DNA of 64,000 bases from Girardia tigrina (Eukaryota). Shown one piece after another: positions 12,313-25,434 of this stretch (positions are counted from its first letter, which is position 1; the number at the start of each line of letters is the position of its first letter). Under the pieces are notes generated by a model. That model searched no databases and was not told the origin of the DNA. It was given only the letters and a program-made list of their open reading frames with translations. The DNA lies in assembly GCA_001938485.1 (NCBI GenBank), contig MQRK01168336.1, forward strand, positions 1 to 64,000. Reading direction: 5' to 3'. The translations under genes and the position numbers were made by a program.

Positions 12313-12572
12313 TCAATTATCAACTGTTGTAGTTGCTTGTGGTTGAAAATATTGGCTAGATCTTGACTTCCTCGTATGGGGAACATTACTCTCCCTTTGG
12401 AGGAACCAACAGAAGTCACCCATCATACTGAGATTGTACGTCACTTTGTAGCTATCTTCCATGACTGAGATGTTTTCATGGAAACGTTCATCTTGGTTTT
12501 CACTGATGTCGGCCATGTTATGGGAAAAGAAGTCTATTTGGAAGTACAGGAAATGCATTTTGAGTGACACTG
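12313..12572 (-). pseudogene. C-terminal fragment of a CMC (Chapaev-3/Transib-like) transposase
   Basis: SLKMHFLYFQIDFF..N...S.NQDERFHENISVME..Y.......MMGDFCWFLQRE matches the LKxHFLxSHxDFF...GERFHQD...ADYCW motif. Confidence 0.7.
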
Positions 12573-12719
12573 GGAACTCTAATTAAGTAATTACTAATAA
12601 TATAATAAATTTATTAAAAAGTGTAATAGTAATTTTCCCTTCTACAAAAGATAACGAAAAAAAATTCTGTTGACCAAGAAGAGTTCTGCCCCCATAGAGC
12701 ATGATTGAGTAAAAAAAGA

Positions 12720-13275
12720 GGTTTCTAAATTCCATGCACTTCTTATGTAGATGTTCCTGCAGTAAGACCTAGAAACATTTCTGTTCTTGCAGCCATGAAT
12801 AAAAATTCAATGATTTTTCATAAAATTCATGACAAGGCTTTAAGGTCGTACTTGTTGAACTGAAAAATGTTTGTCGACAAAAAAGCATTGAAAATCCAGA
12901 GTTTTTTTTAAGTAATGCCAGAATACTTCATTATTCTGGATAAAAAGAAGTAATTAAAAGAACTCAAATAGACAATTGAATATCTTGCTCCATATTCACC
13001 TTTTTTAAACTAATAGAGAATTGTTTCTCTAAATGGAAAAACTATTTGATGTTATTGATGTAATTGAATTTAATATTAATTTTTCAGTTCCTTCTATTAT
13101 AACTTTTCATGTACAAAAAAATTAAAAAACGTTTTAAAATAATTTTGATTTTATTGATTTTATGAAATTTTATTGATTAAAATTACATCATTGGAAAATT
13201 GATTGCGAAAATTGGAAAAATGATTTCAAGAATTGGAAAATTGTTTGCAAGTAGTGGAAAATAGATCGAAAAGCC
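12720..13275 (+). mobile_element. IS630/Tc1-like transposase remnant with ~21-bp subterminal tandem repeats
   Basis: NARILH...EYLAPYSPF..IENCFSKWK motifs; repeated TGGAAAA-based units at 13191-13262. Confidence 0.6.
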
Positions 13276-13437
13276 CTAACAATGAAAGTATTGATTACAC
13301 AATATATTACGTTAAATCAATTAAATACTTTTAACAAATTGCTTGAGAGTGCCTTTTGAACATTAATTTTAGGACCACGAGTACTTATTAACAAAGTTCC
13401 ACACGACACTCTTTTGCAATAATTTTGAAATCATTAA

Positions 13438-13670
13438 CCCCTTTACCGTGGAAAAAAATTTTTTTTGGAAACTGTGTAATTGTTTTCTTTCATTATTTGA
13501 TTTGTTATGATTTTCTATGCTTTTTTTGTTTTTTTTTCCAGGACGAGTTAACTCGGGACGCACGGCACACAGACGACTTTGATATATATCTGAAGACGAG
13601 TTAACTCGTGATGTACGGTTAAGCCCAAGATTTCATATGACGAGTTAACTCGTGACACATGGTAAAGGAG
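13438..13670. mobile_element. piggyBac-type MITE
   Basis: TTAA on both flanks; TIR CCCCTTTACCGTG / CATGGTAAAGGAG; three internal ACGAGTTAACTCG palindromes. Confidence 0.8.
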
Positions 13671-14449
13671 TTAATACTCAAATCACACTTACAAGTTGAA
13701 TTACTGAAGATGACTGTATTATCACAAAATAAGATATTTGAAAATGGCGTATCTTTTGTTTTTTTAATTTAAACCTTTGTAGTAGATAGATCCCTGAAGT
13801 GGCCACAATAAAAATAATGAAACCGGTAGGTTTGACCATTATAGTGGTCTAGAAATATCTACATCAAATAATAATCAAAAGGCCATAATACAAAGACAAA
13901 ATGCAGAAATTATAAAAAATCCTTGATTTTATTATGTTTATTTTTAAAAAAGTTAATTCCGCCTTGAATAGAAAGCTTTAAATTTTTTATTTCGACAGCT
14001 AATATTTAATTAAGTAATTTAACAATAGAAAAAAAATGTACTTAAAGTTTAAAAAAAAATCGATATATGTATTTTTTTACAATAAAATTTTTTTATTCAG
14101 CGGTACAATAAGCTAAAGTTTCCTGTGCAGAATAATTCCGTTTCGTAGAAATTTCAATTGAAAACCAGTTTAATTGTTTCTCCGTCAATATAAACAGATG
14201 GAGAGAAGATGAAAAAAAGAATAACATTTAAAAAGTATTTCCAGGAGAAAAGAAAACCCAACACAACGTAAACCAATACAAAACCGGCATGACAATTGTC
14301 AATTGTATCATTAAAATAAGATTGCATCAGTTTTTCATTCTCTCCCACTCGATTGGTCGTTTGGAAAATGTATAAATTTGTTTAAATTAATATATAACGT
14401 TTCAGTTAAAACAAAAATAATAAACATCTTATTTTTCAATGAAGTCACA

Positions 14450-14693
14450 ATGATTGAATTATTTTGGATTTTTGTTATTTTTAATTCAGTTTTCATTGAA
14501 CTTTACTCGGGATCGTGTTTCAATCATCGCGAAAACCGAATTTTATGCTGTTCAAATAAAAATCATACGTGTTCCGGTTTTGATAAGATCCATCTGAAAT
14601 GGCGAACAAGAAAGGTGAAATGCTATTGCGACGAACATTGTATGAAATCGAACGACTGTTGCTCGGATTACAAAAAACTTTGTGGCAAAAGCG
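14450..14693 (+). CDS. SBSPON: Exon 1 of a somatomedin-B and thrombospondin type-1 domain-containing (SBSPON-like) secreted protein: signal peptide plus SMB domain
   Basis: MIELFWIFVIFNSVFIELYSG hydrophobic leader; LCC...C...CYCDEHCMKSNDCCSDYKKLC SMB signature; phase-1 donor G|GTATAT. Confidence 0.85.
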
Positions 14694-14999
14694 GTATATT
14701 GTTGATTTTTTTACTTTAACTTTTTAATATATTTTGTTGTAATTAATAATAAAGATATTCAATTACAGAGGAAATGCTACCCATTATACAGTAAATAATT
14801 AAATAATGATTTAGTATAAAAAATTGAATAAACATTTTTAGGAAACATTCTAACAACTTTTAGTTAAATGAACTTATTTTTTTTAGTAATACCATATTTA
14901 AAATTTAAATTATAAATTTTTATTTATTACCATACTAAAAAGCATTAATTTTCTTTGTATTAAGAACATTAAATGAGTATTCATTACAATTTATTTGCA

Positions 15000-15371
15000 T
15001 CACAATTTGAATTGCCACTAGGACCTTTCTCCGTAAAGCTTGCGTAGCTCGTCATCGTTCTTGATTGATAATTTTTAAATAATATTCTTTAACGCCTTAT
15101 TATTCGAACAAATTTAAATTACTATTTAATTATTACAAAAATAATTTTTACTTTAAATTAAAAATAAATTTTATTTAAGAAAATTATTACTAAAATATTA
15201 TTTTTGAAATATTAATTTAATTTTAAAATTGGTTATTCTAATAATTGATTAAATAATCCGACGTGTTAAAATATTTAAAATATCAATCTTCCATCTGAGT
15301 GGGAGAAACACAATCCTAAAACAACATACCAAACATCATAAAATAAACACCATTCAAAAATATTACTCACA
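15000..15371 (-). repeat. Solo LTR of the recurring TGTGAG-start family
   Basis: Shares the CCATCTGAGT.GGAGA..CACAATCC core and the ..CTCACA end with 2120-2201; left boundary approximate. Confidence 0.65.
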
Positions 15372-15407
15372 CTTTGTATTTTATGATATTATCAAAATTT
15401 GTTTTTT

Positions 15408-15760
15408 TGCCGCGTGGGCAAGTGTTCTGATACATCTCCGTTAAAATTAAGAGAGATTGAAACACTTTTTTGAATACCAAATATAGCCAAAGAGAAATAA
15501 TGAGACTTAGAGGCGTTTCAAAGTCATTAATTAATAATATTAAGGTCAATATCGATCAAGGCAGGCCTATGGAGGTAGGTCGAATGGAAAAATACGACAG
15601 AAAAAGAATCATAGGTCCTCATACTGACCGCAAAATCAGGAATCTGTGTCTCGATAATCATAAAGAGAGTTTAGACCGCCATACAATGACAAATAGCAAG
15701 GGAATTTAAGTTTCAAAAAGGACATTTCAGAGACGTTTAGCTGAAGAAAACCTTGAATCT
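15408..15760 (+). pseudogene. Tc1 transposase N-terminal (paired-like HTH) fragment
   Basis: YSQREIMRLRGVSKSLINNI...RKRIIGPHTDRKI motif. Confidence 0.65.
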
Positions 15761-15949
15761 TGTGAATGCTAATATTATATTTTGTTAAAGCTTTTTTAAG
15801 AAATTGATTATTGAACATGTTTTGAAATTCAATTCTCTAGTCAGTAATTGAAATGTAATGTAACGTAATAAAATGTTAATGAAATGGAGATTTAATCAGT
15901 AAATATTTTATTTTTCAAGATTTTATTAGATATTAATTGCAAAAAGTTT

Positions 15950-16055
15950 TTATTTATTTTAATCAAAGATTTTAAGAATTGAAACGGCCTTACTTTGCCA
16001 ATTTTGAATATTCATTGATAAGCTGTAGTGTCTTATTGATAATGATTCTTAAAGT
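15950..16055 (-). mobile_element. Short PLE C-terminal fragment (same family as 25090-25200)
   Basis: CCTTACTTTGCCAATT.TGAAT.TT.ATTGAT...GTAGTGTCTTATT is shared with 25135-25185; next to (AT)n. Confidence 0.6.
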
Positions 16056-16069
16056 TTTAATAAAATATT

Positions 16070-16103
<34 letters not shown>

Positions 16104-16602
16104 CTCATAAGAAATTAATAAATTAACAGAAACAAAACAACACAATAATAAAGACTGGAATAATAATAATATTTTTTAATTTAGTATTTAAAATTTTTAC
16201 ATTTTTAATCATCATAATTAGATATTTGTCAATAAAGTAATTCTTCAATATGTTAAAACTAAAATAATTTTTTTGCAATTTTAATCTTAAAATGAAAATA
16301 ATTAGTTTTAGATTTTTCTTTTGAAATAAAATGAAATTAAATGAGGTTTTAATTTTAATAAAATTTAATTTCCCTAAAGTCTGATTTTAGAAAAAAAATT
16401 TATAAAAACAAATTTATTGATTTAAATTTTTAAAGGATTTAAAAATATTTTATAAACGACATTTTCTATTTTCAAAGAATTTGATGCTGAACACAAATAT
16501 TGTAGTCATTTTTCTCCTAAACGTCTAGAGCTTTGTAAATTGAGAAAAACGGATAATTATACATGTTTTTAATATTTTTGTGACACGTGTGTTGATGTTT
16601 TC

Positions 16603-18838
16603 GGTGAGGCGACTTTACCGCGGCGACTTTACCGCGGACGACTTTACCGCGGACGACTTTACCGCGGCGACTTTACCGCGGGCGACTTTACCGCGGGCGA
16701 CTTTACCGCGGGCGACTTTACCGCGGGTGACTTTACAGCGGGCGACTTTATCGCGGATTTTTTCAGAATAAAATATTAAAAATTTTTAATATTGATATTA
16801 AATAATTAAATAAATTCAATTTTCTTAAAATTTTTTATTAAGATATTTTTTGCCATTATTACCGAATAATNNNNNNNNNNNNNNNNNNNNNNNNNNNNNN
16901 NNNNNNNNNNNNNNNNNNNNAATTTTCTTAAAATTTTTTATTAAGATATTTTTTGCCATTATTACCGAATAATACTTTATTAAAATATAATATTTATTAT
17001 AAAATTTTCCATTTACGTTAATATACCTTTAAAAATATATCTTAAAATATTATAAATTTCATAAAATATTATCTGTCACACTTTTTTCAGCATGAATCTT
17101 CAATTCTTTACTTCAAAATCTGGAAATCCGATTGTTGCGTATGCAGGTTATTCCTATCGCTTTGATTATGATTTAAAATACATAGATGGAAAATCCTGGC
17201 GCTGTGTTGCTTATGAACAACATAAATGTAAAGGAAGGATTCGGACTTCAAACAACAACAAAACGTCTATTATTTTAGGTCACCCGACTGAGCATAATCA
17301 TGCTCCTGAGCCAGGTAAAGTTGTCGCTAGACACATTGCTCAGGTGGTTGCAACTCGTGCATCGCAGACAGTAGAGGCCCCGAGGCAAATTATTCAGAAA
17401 TCTAGGACTGGGATTCCACTTGACGCTGCAATATTTCTTCCAAGTTATTGCTCTAGTCAACGTGCAATTCAACGAAAACGAAAACAAGAGAATGCTCCTT
17501 GGCCAAATCCAAATCATCTTTCAGAAATAAAAGTCCCTGAAAATTTGAGGTTTACAACTAGAAATGAATCTTTTTTGATATACGATTCTGGATCTAATGA
17601 TACCAACCGGATAATGCTCTTCAGTACAACTGCAAACATAAATCTGATGGCTTCTTGTGAAAATTGGTTTATGGATGGGACATTCTCTGTCGCCCCTCGA
17701 TTATTTTACCAGGTTTATACTATACATGCTTTAAAATCAAACAAAGTATTCCGTCTTGTTTATGCATTGATAACCAATAAAACTCAATTAAATTATACTC
17801 GTATGTTTGAATAGCTTTTAAGGCAACAACCAAATTTAAATCCACAAACTATTATGATGGATTTTGAAAAAGGAGCAATGAATGTTGTTTCTACTGTATT
17901 TTGCAATGCTACTGTTAAAGGCTGTTTTTTCATCTGAACCAATCAATTTGGAAAAAATAAAAGAAACATCAAATCTTCCGGATCTGTATTTAAACAATGA
18001 TAAAATTAGAACCATTCTGAAATCACTGATGGCTTTAGCGACCTGTGGATGATGTTATCACTGCCTTTTTGACTTTACTTGATCTTTCTAATGATTATCC
18101 AGAACTGGATGATGTCTTTGCATATTTTGAGGATACATATATTGGCCGTGCTCGTGGAGANNNNNNNNNNNNNNNNNNNNNNNNNNNNNNNNNNNNNNNN
18201 NNNNNNNNNNNNNNNNNNNNNNNNNNNNNNNNNNNNNNNNNNNNNNNNNNNNNNNNNNNNNNNNNNNNNNNNNNNNNNNNNNNNNNNNNNNNNNNNNNNN
18301 NNNNNNNNNNNNNNNNNNNNNNNNNNNNNNNNNNNNNNNNNNNNNNNNNNNNNNNNNNNNNNNNNNNNNNNNNNNNNNNNNNNNNNNNNNNNNNNNNNAT
18401 TATTTTAATTTATCAGTTTAATGTTTTTGTATCTTTCTTCTATTTACACATCACATTTTTTTGGTGTGTTATTCATTTGTTCTAGAATGTTTTTTGAATT
18501 TTTTAAATTTGGAATTTACTTATTTTTCGTTTGTTGTTTGTTTATTTTTTATATTAAAAAGAATAAATAAATGTCGATCTGAAATTTTCTATCCATTTAT
18601 GTTTTAAAATTAAAACCTTTGTATGATTCATTGTTTTATCATAATATAATTAAAAAATTTTATTCATATTTTAGATGACATTGTTCACTTTTTGATAATT
18701 TTGTTGTAAATTTTCTGCGGTAAAGTCGCCCGCTGTAAAGTCACCTGCGGTAAAGTCGTCCGCGGTAAAGTCGTCCGCGGTAAAGTCGCCGCGGTAAAGT
18801 CGTCCGCGGTAATGTCGCCGCGGTAAAGTCGGCGTACC
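16603..18838 (+). mobile_element. Mutator-like (MULE) DNA transposon with tandem-repeat TIRs
   Basis: Inverted arrays of (G)GCGACTTTACCGCG at 16608-16757 and 18715-18832; perfect 9-bp TSD GATGTTTTC at 16594-16602 and 18839-18847. Confidence 0.95.
17092..18160 (+). pseudogene. FLYWCH + MULE transposase (premature stop at 17812-17814, frameshifts, truncated by gap)
   Basis: YAGYSY...WRC......CKGRI...HNH FLYWCH; WFMDGTFSVAPRLFYQVYTIH; MDFEKG; GCFFH; YFEDTYIG. Confidence 0.93.
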
Positions 18839-19267
18839 GATGTTTTCTTACAACACAATCAGTAATAAATGTTTCTTTTTAATAAAGGAAAATATTATTT
18901 TTCATAAGCTTATATACTTAAAAAAATGTCTCAATAAAAACAAAATTCATGCATTTAAAATAAATTTAGAAACAATATAGTTCAACGGATCAACCGTTGA
19001 TCTTTAGATCACTGATGAATAATTCAATTCACCTGCATATAAATGCAAAATAAGGATTGTGTAATCGATTGCATGAAATCACGCATCAGGAAATTTTCTT
19101 AATAAAACAAAATTTATCTTAAAATAAAATCTTAAAATTTCCAAAAGTAAAGGTCCTTTGGAATTTTTTATTTAAGAGAATTCAAAATAAAAAGACCTAA
19201 AGAAAAACAACAAAACAATCGAGAAGAATTTTGGGAAAACCAAAATCAACAAAAACGAAATTAAATT

Positions 19268-19560
19268 TGTGAGGAATATTTGGTGTACAATTGTTTTTGT
19301 AGTGTTTGCATGTTTAAATGTTGTGTGTTGATTTGGGATTGTGCCTCTCCTAATCAGATGGATGATTAATATTTTGATTCTTACAATCGGAAACTAATTT
19401 ATTTAAATATAGATTTAATATTCAAATTTTTAATTTTTATTATTGTAACTTTTAAATAATATTATTGATTTAACTTTGTAAATTTTTAAATAATTAAGAT
19501 CAAATTAATGTTTAAAAATGACTATAGAAATATTTCATTTAAGCTAATAAAATTTAAATT
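19268..19560 (+). repeat. Solo LTR (TGTGAGG family)
   Basis: TGTGAGGAAT...GTTGTGTGTTGATT.GGATTGTG.CTCTCCTA..CAGATGGATGATT matches the LTR at 2201; right boundary approximate. Confidence 0.7.
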
Positions 19561-19879
19561 AAATATTTTTAAATAAAATAATTTTCTATAGTATAGTTCA
19601 GATAATAATGGGAGATATTGAAAATTGAGTGAAATTGATTATAGTGAAAGCAATACTATTGATCATCATAAAGATGACCAGAAATGTGAATGTAATAAAT
19701 GTTCTGTCAAATGTGTGAGTTCTCTTAACAAAAATAAATATTAAAATAGAACAGTTTTAGTTTAAAGTTAATTAAATTTAAATAAAAAACGTTTCTCAAA
19801 ATCAAATTCAATACGAGTTGTTTAAATATTCAGACAAAAATTGGAAAATCAGAAGTGATATCATTTGTAATTTGGATTA

Positions 19880-20093
19880 CCGTATTTTCACACATAAGCC
19901 GCGGTCCATGAGTGATTTTATCTACGCCGTACTCCACTGGTAGAGTATGCAAGTGGGCGAGAAATCCTAAAAATATTTTACACGAGAGAAATTAACATTT
20001 CTCGATGATAACCAATGAGTAACATGTGATTTCACCTTCATAAATTCCCCTGATGAAGGAAACATTATGTGGTTTAAATACGTGAAAATACAG
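19880..20093. mobile_element. pogo/Tigger-type MITE
   Basis: TIR CCGTATTTTCAC / GTGAAAATACAG, preceded by TA. Confidence 0.55.
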
Positions 20094-21508
20094 TCCATAA
20101 AATTTGAAAAAGTCTGTTAATCATTTTGTCTTCAACCGAGTGATATGCCCACCAACATTTAACAGTAAATATAAAATTTTCTTACATAACACAATTTGGC
20201 ACTTTTCTTACAAAGTATTAATAGTGAAACTAAATTATATTAAATAAAAAATAAAACATTTTTACTCTTTTCCAAAATAAATAAAACAGAAAAAATCAGT
20301 TGGCGATGTAAAATAAAATAAAATAATTTAACATTTAAACAAATAATTTTCGACAAATTTACTTAATTGCTTTAATTAATTACTAATTGTTCCATATCAA
20401 AATTAACAGAAAATTATTTAATTTCATTTTGAAATGGAAAAGTAATTTTTTTGTTATTAAATTAATTAACAATTAATTATTAATTAAAACTCAGTAAAAA
20501 TATATGTAAATATGAAATTAAAAATAATTAAGTTAATTAATTGAATTGTGAAACTTAAATTCACAAGTTATAAATAAATAAAATCTCTCAATTTTGGTAA
20601 TTTAAACAATTTCTTTCTATTTTAAGATTGTAACAAAAATATTGTGAAAATATATCAAATAAATATTTAAAGAGAAATTATATTTATAGAAATTATATTT
20701 ATAAAAAACAATTCCAGTTAAATTTCTTTGCTCAGCTAAATAAATTTCAATTTCCATTTCATAGTCGACTGCCCGTCAATTAATTGTTTTCAATGATCCC
20801 CATAAATTATATCTGTAAGCGTAGGGAACGGGAAAGATCGAACAAAATCATAAATAATTAATCGCTGTTGAAAATTTGCGCTTTAAATAACTCGAAAAAA
20901 TAAATTTCCTGGCCAAAGTTAATTTCTTTCATTAAAAATCCTTTTGGAATGTATATGACGAATGATTTGAAATCCATTGTCGGTTGTCCTCTTCTTCATT
21001 AATGAGTACACGTCTTCAATAAAGTTTATACAAAGCCAAGAAGAACAGAAAGTTTCCCTTTCTTACATTTATCAATGATTATAAATTTTTTGATAAGTCT
21101 TTATTTGAGTGTACAGTTTTGTACATTTTTGTACAAATATAACATAATAAATACATGTTTAACAGTATATGAATATCAGTTGATTATATAATTTTAAAGA
21201 ATAAGATGTCAAATTTTAATAAAGATAACGTTTAAAATAATGATAAGTTTATTTATGTAAAGTTCCACAGAGTTCTGATTATCCAAAGAGAACGTTTGTC
21301 ATTTATTATTCTCGTGTTAACCGTAATGTGTGATTGGTGAATTCGGAACTCTACTTATTTATGTACACGTATGCATTATGCCTTCATCTCTTTATGTCTT
21401 GTATAAATTGTATTCCGAATTAATGTGTTTTTTATATTATTAACTATTTTTTGTTGACGGTTAATAAGACAATTTCATTCGGATCGGCAAAGCGTAACAG
21501 CGTAATCG

Positions 21509-21886
21509 GAAGATAGTCCTCTAAAGGCTGTGTAAATGTTATGGGTTAACTTAATAATGGATACTCTCATTTCTATAGCTCTAGCTACTGAACTTCCTTC
21601 CGAAGAACTTCTCGAAAGGGCTCCATACGGAAGAACTACACCAATCATCAATATTTCAATGATGAAGAATATTTTTGGTCACTCTGTTTATCAATTATTA
21701 GTGATATTTTTTTTAACCAACGATAAGTTATTCGATGTCGACAGCGGATGGATGTGGCAAGTCCCCAACCATCATTATACATTAATCTTTAATACGTTAG
21801 TTATGATGGCATTAATTAACGAGCTCAATTGTCGAAAGATTCATGGTCAGAGAAATATTTTTAGTAGTCTCATATGGGGACAATAA
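21509..21886 (+). pseudogene. Plasma-membrane Ca2+-ATPase (PMCA, P2B) fragment, about TM6-TM8, with in-frame stop
   Basis: [26 protein letters not shown]...LL.R.PYGR..PII...[13 protein letters not shown]...[25 protein letters not shown]; TAA replaces the conserved Gln. Confidence 0.92.
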
Positions 21887-22299
21887 TAAAATGTCGAAAA
21901 TATTAAAAACGGAAATATAAAAAACAAAATATCAATCTAATAATAAAAATTTAAAATTTAAAATTTCAATCAATTGAATTGCATAGCAATTCACAAATAA
22001 AATATTGTGATAATTAAATTAAGACGTAAATTCAGCGTAAAAATTATTACTGAGTCCGAGTCGAGTTATTTTTGGTACATCAATCCTACCAACCAAAAAA
22101 CAATAATTACTAGTTATTTAGTGCCGATCCAAAAAGAACAGTAATTTAAAAGAACAGTAACAGCAACAGAAGTTAACTTAGTAATCTTTATATCATATAG
22201 AAACATTCACTCATAATATCAATTGGTTTAACGACTGAGTGATTCTATATAATTTATAAAAACAAAATTCAGCCATTAAAAATATATTTATAGACAATA

Positions 22300-23240
22300 T
22301 ACAGTACATACCGTTATAGGGCAGTTGTTGGGATCCAAAACCGTGTACCGCGTTATATCACAACCGCAGTTTAGTGAATATGTTTACAAAATAACAAAAA
22401 TTAGTACAAAGTTGGTTATTAATATCATTTTTCTCTAATTTTAATGCCATGACTTGTATTTGATTTATGGAACTGGGCTAGGACATGTATTAAAAATGTA
22501 TTCATACATATATTTGTACAACATTACATTTCTTATACAGAATTTCGAATAGTTCATTTTGCTTTAAAATAATCAGTTAGTTTCTTTTGCACTGACCTGT
22601 TACGATGCTGAAATCTAGCCGCATCAACTATACTTTGTAACTATAAAACTTTGGTTTGCTCTACATCATGTATCTCCAGGCATTGTAATCCAGTTTTTAA
22701 TGCCTTAAATGTTTCAGATGTTGATGGCAGTGAGTAGATCAATTTAAAACAGCAAATTATTTCTTGGTCTAACCGCTACATTTTCGAAATTGTGTTTTTG
22801 AGTTGAAACATGGTTTTGATTTTTCCGTCATTGGTCATGAGCAGTTTTCGACTAAAGTGAGTAAGACAATGATCCATGAACAATACTGCACGTTGTTCTA
22901 AACATTACCATTTTAAATATTTACGCACATCAGAAGCAAATTTGTTATGAAATTAATTTTTGAAGATTTTTAAGGTTATCCAGGAATGTTTACTACTGTA
23001 ATAATCTAAGTGAAAGTTGTCTTCATTGATGTGATGAAAATGTCGAATTTTCCAAAAGAGTGAACGAAATTCGTTATCCCCTGCTTTTTGAACACAAAGC
23101 AGTACTGTTACTCAGTTCATAGCTTTCTTGAATCCTTCAGTAAGAACACATGATCTTTTGATTGTGAGTGATCTGTCCTGCAATATTCTAAGTGAAAATA
23201 TCGTTTTATTGCAATTATATATGTTCACTGTACTCCCCAA
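22300..23240 (-). mobile_element. Degenerate Tigger/pogo transposon
   Basis: Remnant KES..VTVLLC and SWIT.KIF..FH.KF...VRKYL motifs; Tigger-like terminus TACAGTACATACCGTTATA at ~22299. Confidence 0.6.
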
Positions 23241-24039
23241 CTTCTCGTATTGCTTCTCGAATAAAAATTAACAAAAAAATTTAAAATCTTAAAAATTTCA
23301 AAAAAAATAAATTTTATAACGATAAAAACTTTTTCCTTATTATTTGATACTTATTGTAAGGTTCTAAAATATTATTTCAACTTCCAACCCCCAATTTGAA
23401 TAATTATAAAAATATCCATCCTTAATCAAATATTCAGTTTTTAAACAAAAATTCATTTCTTAGAAAATCAGACAAAATTTTTGTTATTAGCTCTTCCTAA
23501 GCACATCCTTCTTTCCTCCTATAGTCAGTCTTTGAAATAAATTTTGCATGTTTTTGAATTTTCAATTTTATACATAAATAGTAAAATATATTATTGAATT
23601 TATTTTACAATTACTATTGCATTTCTTTCTGACAAACCCTCAATGGACCGAAAATCAACAAAATTACAATTTTTCGTCCTTAAGAATTTGATTTAATGTT
23701 CAAAAACAGTATAAAAGATGTTTCTTAACAGATCTGTTTCGGAGAAATATTTTACAATTTTCTACGGATCAACTGAATTATCCTTATATTATTAATTATA
23801 ATTTTCATATTCTTCCTTAATATTCTTCATTATTTATATTTTATTTGTAATTTCCTAAATTTGTTAATATTTTTCTTTCGTGATACATATTGAATTTTAA
23901 ATATTTAATGAATTCGTTTCAGAGTATTTGAACAATTAATGACAGAATATAATAAACATTTTAAATTAATGATAAATATGTTGCAGAAAAAAAGAAAAAA
24001 CGAGAATGTATTTTATTATTTTTTTGCGGAAAATATGTA

Positions 24040-24645
24040 GTAATAGTTTTGCTGAGGTCTGACTAATACAGAGAATGATGGAGTTATTGCCATTTGAGCT
24101 TGTTTTTGGTATCTAATGCCAGTGTAGTGGAATGGGGAGTCACATCGCCCTGTTGCCGAAGAGGTTTTACGGAATTTGATTAAAGATCAAGGTTGATGTA
24201 GTAGGCGTTGTTTATTGTTGTTCCTTTCTCGAGATATTCGATTAAAATAATCCCAACCCAATGCCGGTTGAGGATACAAGTTGCTTTGTCTGCTCCTTGT
24301 TCTTAAGAAGGTAAAACAGCAACAAGATCCAGACAAATGTAATAATTCTCGCATATATACCTTCACCGAGGTTTTACCATTTGCAGCATTTAGTGGTAAG
24401 CTGTCTGGAAATTGAGCCTCATGAAAACAGTAAGATGTTGTGGCATCATCTTGCAGAAAGTTTCTTCATTTTCAGCTCTGTGTTCCTGATGCGGTGTACA
24501 GAACTTGAAGGCATGTTGATAAGGACCACAATCTCCATAACAGTGATACCCTGGATATACCTTGCGTAATGTTAGCTAGCAGGGTGTCTTCCTTCTTCAA
24601 AAAATAAACAATTTCACGTTGTACCTGCACTGATTCTTCCATTTA
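24040..24645 (-). pseudogene. Highly degenerate mariner transposase
   Basis: IEYLEKGTTINNAYY motif and a QREIVYFL-type N-terminus; many frameshifts. Confidence 0.55.
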
Positions 24646-24859
24646 TTCTGAAATACAGAAATAGTCAGAAATAATAGAATAAAATGAGTAATTTACAAAA
24701 CAGCCAATTGGATTCATACATACAATCAGCCAATTACGTTTATATTATTTTCTAATCGATTTAAATCTACAAGATCACACATACAAGGCAGCAGGCATTT
24801 CTAACACATGCACGTGCAGCAACAATGATTTACCTTTTCCCACGAACTTTTGGAATACA

Positions 24860-24891
<32 letters not shown>

Positions 24892-24894
<3 letters not shown>

Positions 24895-25432
24895 AAGTAA
24901 AGCTTCTTTTATATAATTATTAAACATGTTTCGATGTTCCATACATCATCATCAGCAGTATTTCGAAATTTAATATTTGAATATTTGAATATTTTGATTG
25001 TTTTAATAATGTGATTTAAAAAAGTTTATTAAATTTAAATGGAAAAATTTACAGTGAATATTATAATTTATTAAAGTATTATTGAGTAATAATGGCCAAA
25101 ATACTTTAATTAAAAATTTTAAGTATTGGAATAACCTTACTTTGCCAATTCTGAATGTTAATTGATGGGTAGTAGTGTCTTATTATTAGGGATTCCAAAA
25201 CTACCGGTCTTAATGTTAATCAAATCCCTTTTGTAGAACAGAAAATTTATATTTTGAAATGGATTAGATTCTATCCTTACAACATAACTAATGGTAAAGA
25301 ACCTTACACGATCGACTCATTTGCGATTGCTCAATAATCCGGGTTTTTAGATGACGATTTGTATCTCCCATGTGAGCCTTCCATCTCTTTCAAATGGTAT
25401 TGAGCCACTAGGCTCTTTAGAGGGTCCACCAA
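24892..25432 (-). mobile_element. PLE 3' end: GIY-YIG remnant plus pseudo-LTR, abutting (AT)n
   Basis: HMGDTNRHLKTRIIEQ (YIG.T.R.L..R..EH) and LESLIIRHYYPSINIQ...ILKIFN*; hammerhead near the end. Confidence 0.8.
24917..24960 (-). ncRNA. Minimal hammerhead ribozyme
   Basis: CTGATGA-T-GATGT(atgga)ACATC-GAAA-CATG-TT; stem I TACTG/TAATA pairs 4 of 5. Confidence 0.75.
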
Positions 25433-25434
25433 AA

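Noticed and set aside
16580-16771. ORF with DDFTA/RATLP repeats; CRISPR-like appearance
   Set aside because: It is the translation of the MULE TIR tandem array; there are no unique spacers and the context is eukaryotic
16818-16972. ~52-bp direct duplication on both sides of the gap at 16871-16920
   Set aside because: Typical unmerged contig overlap, probably an assembly artefact
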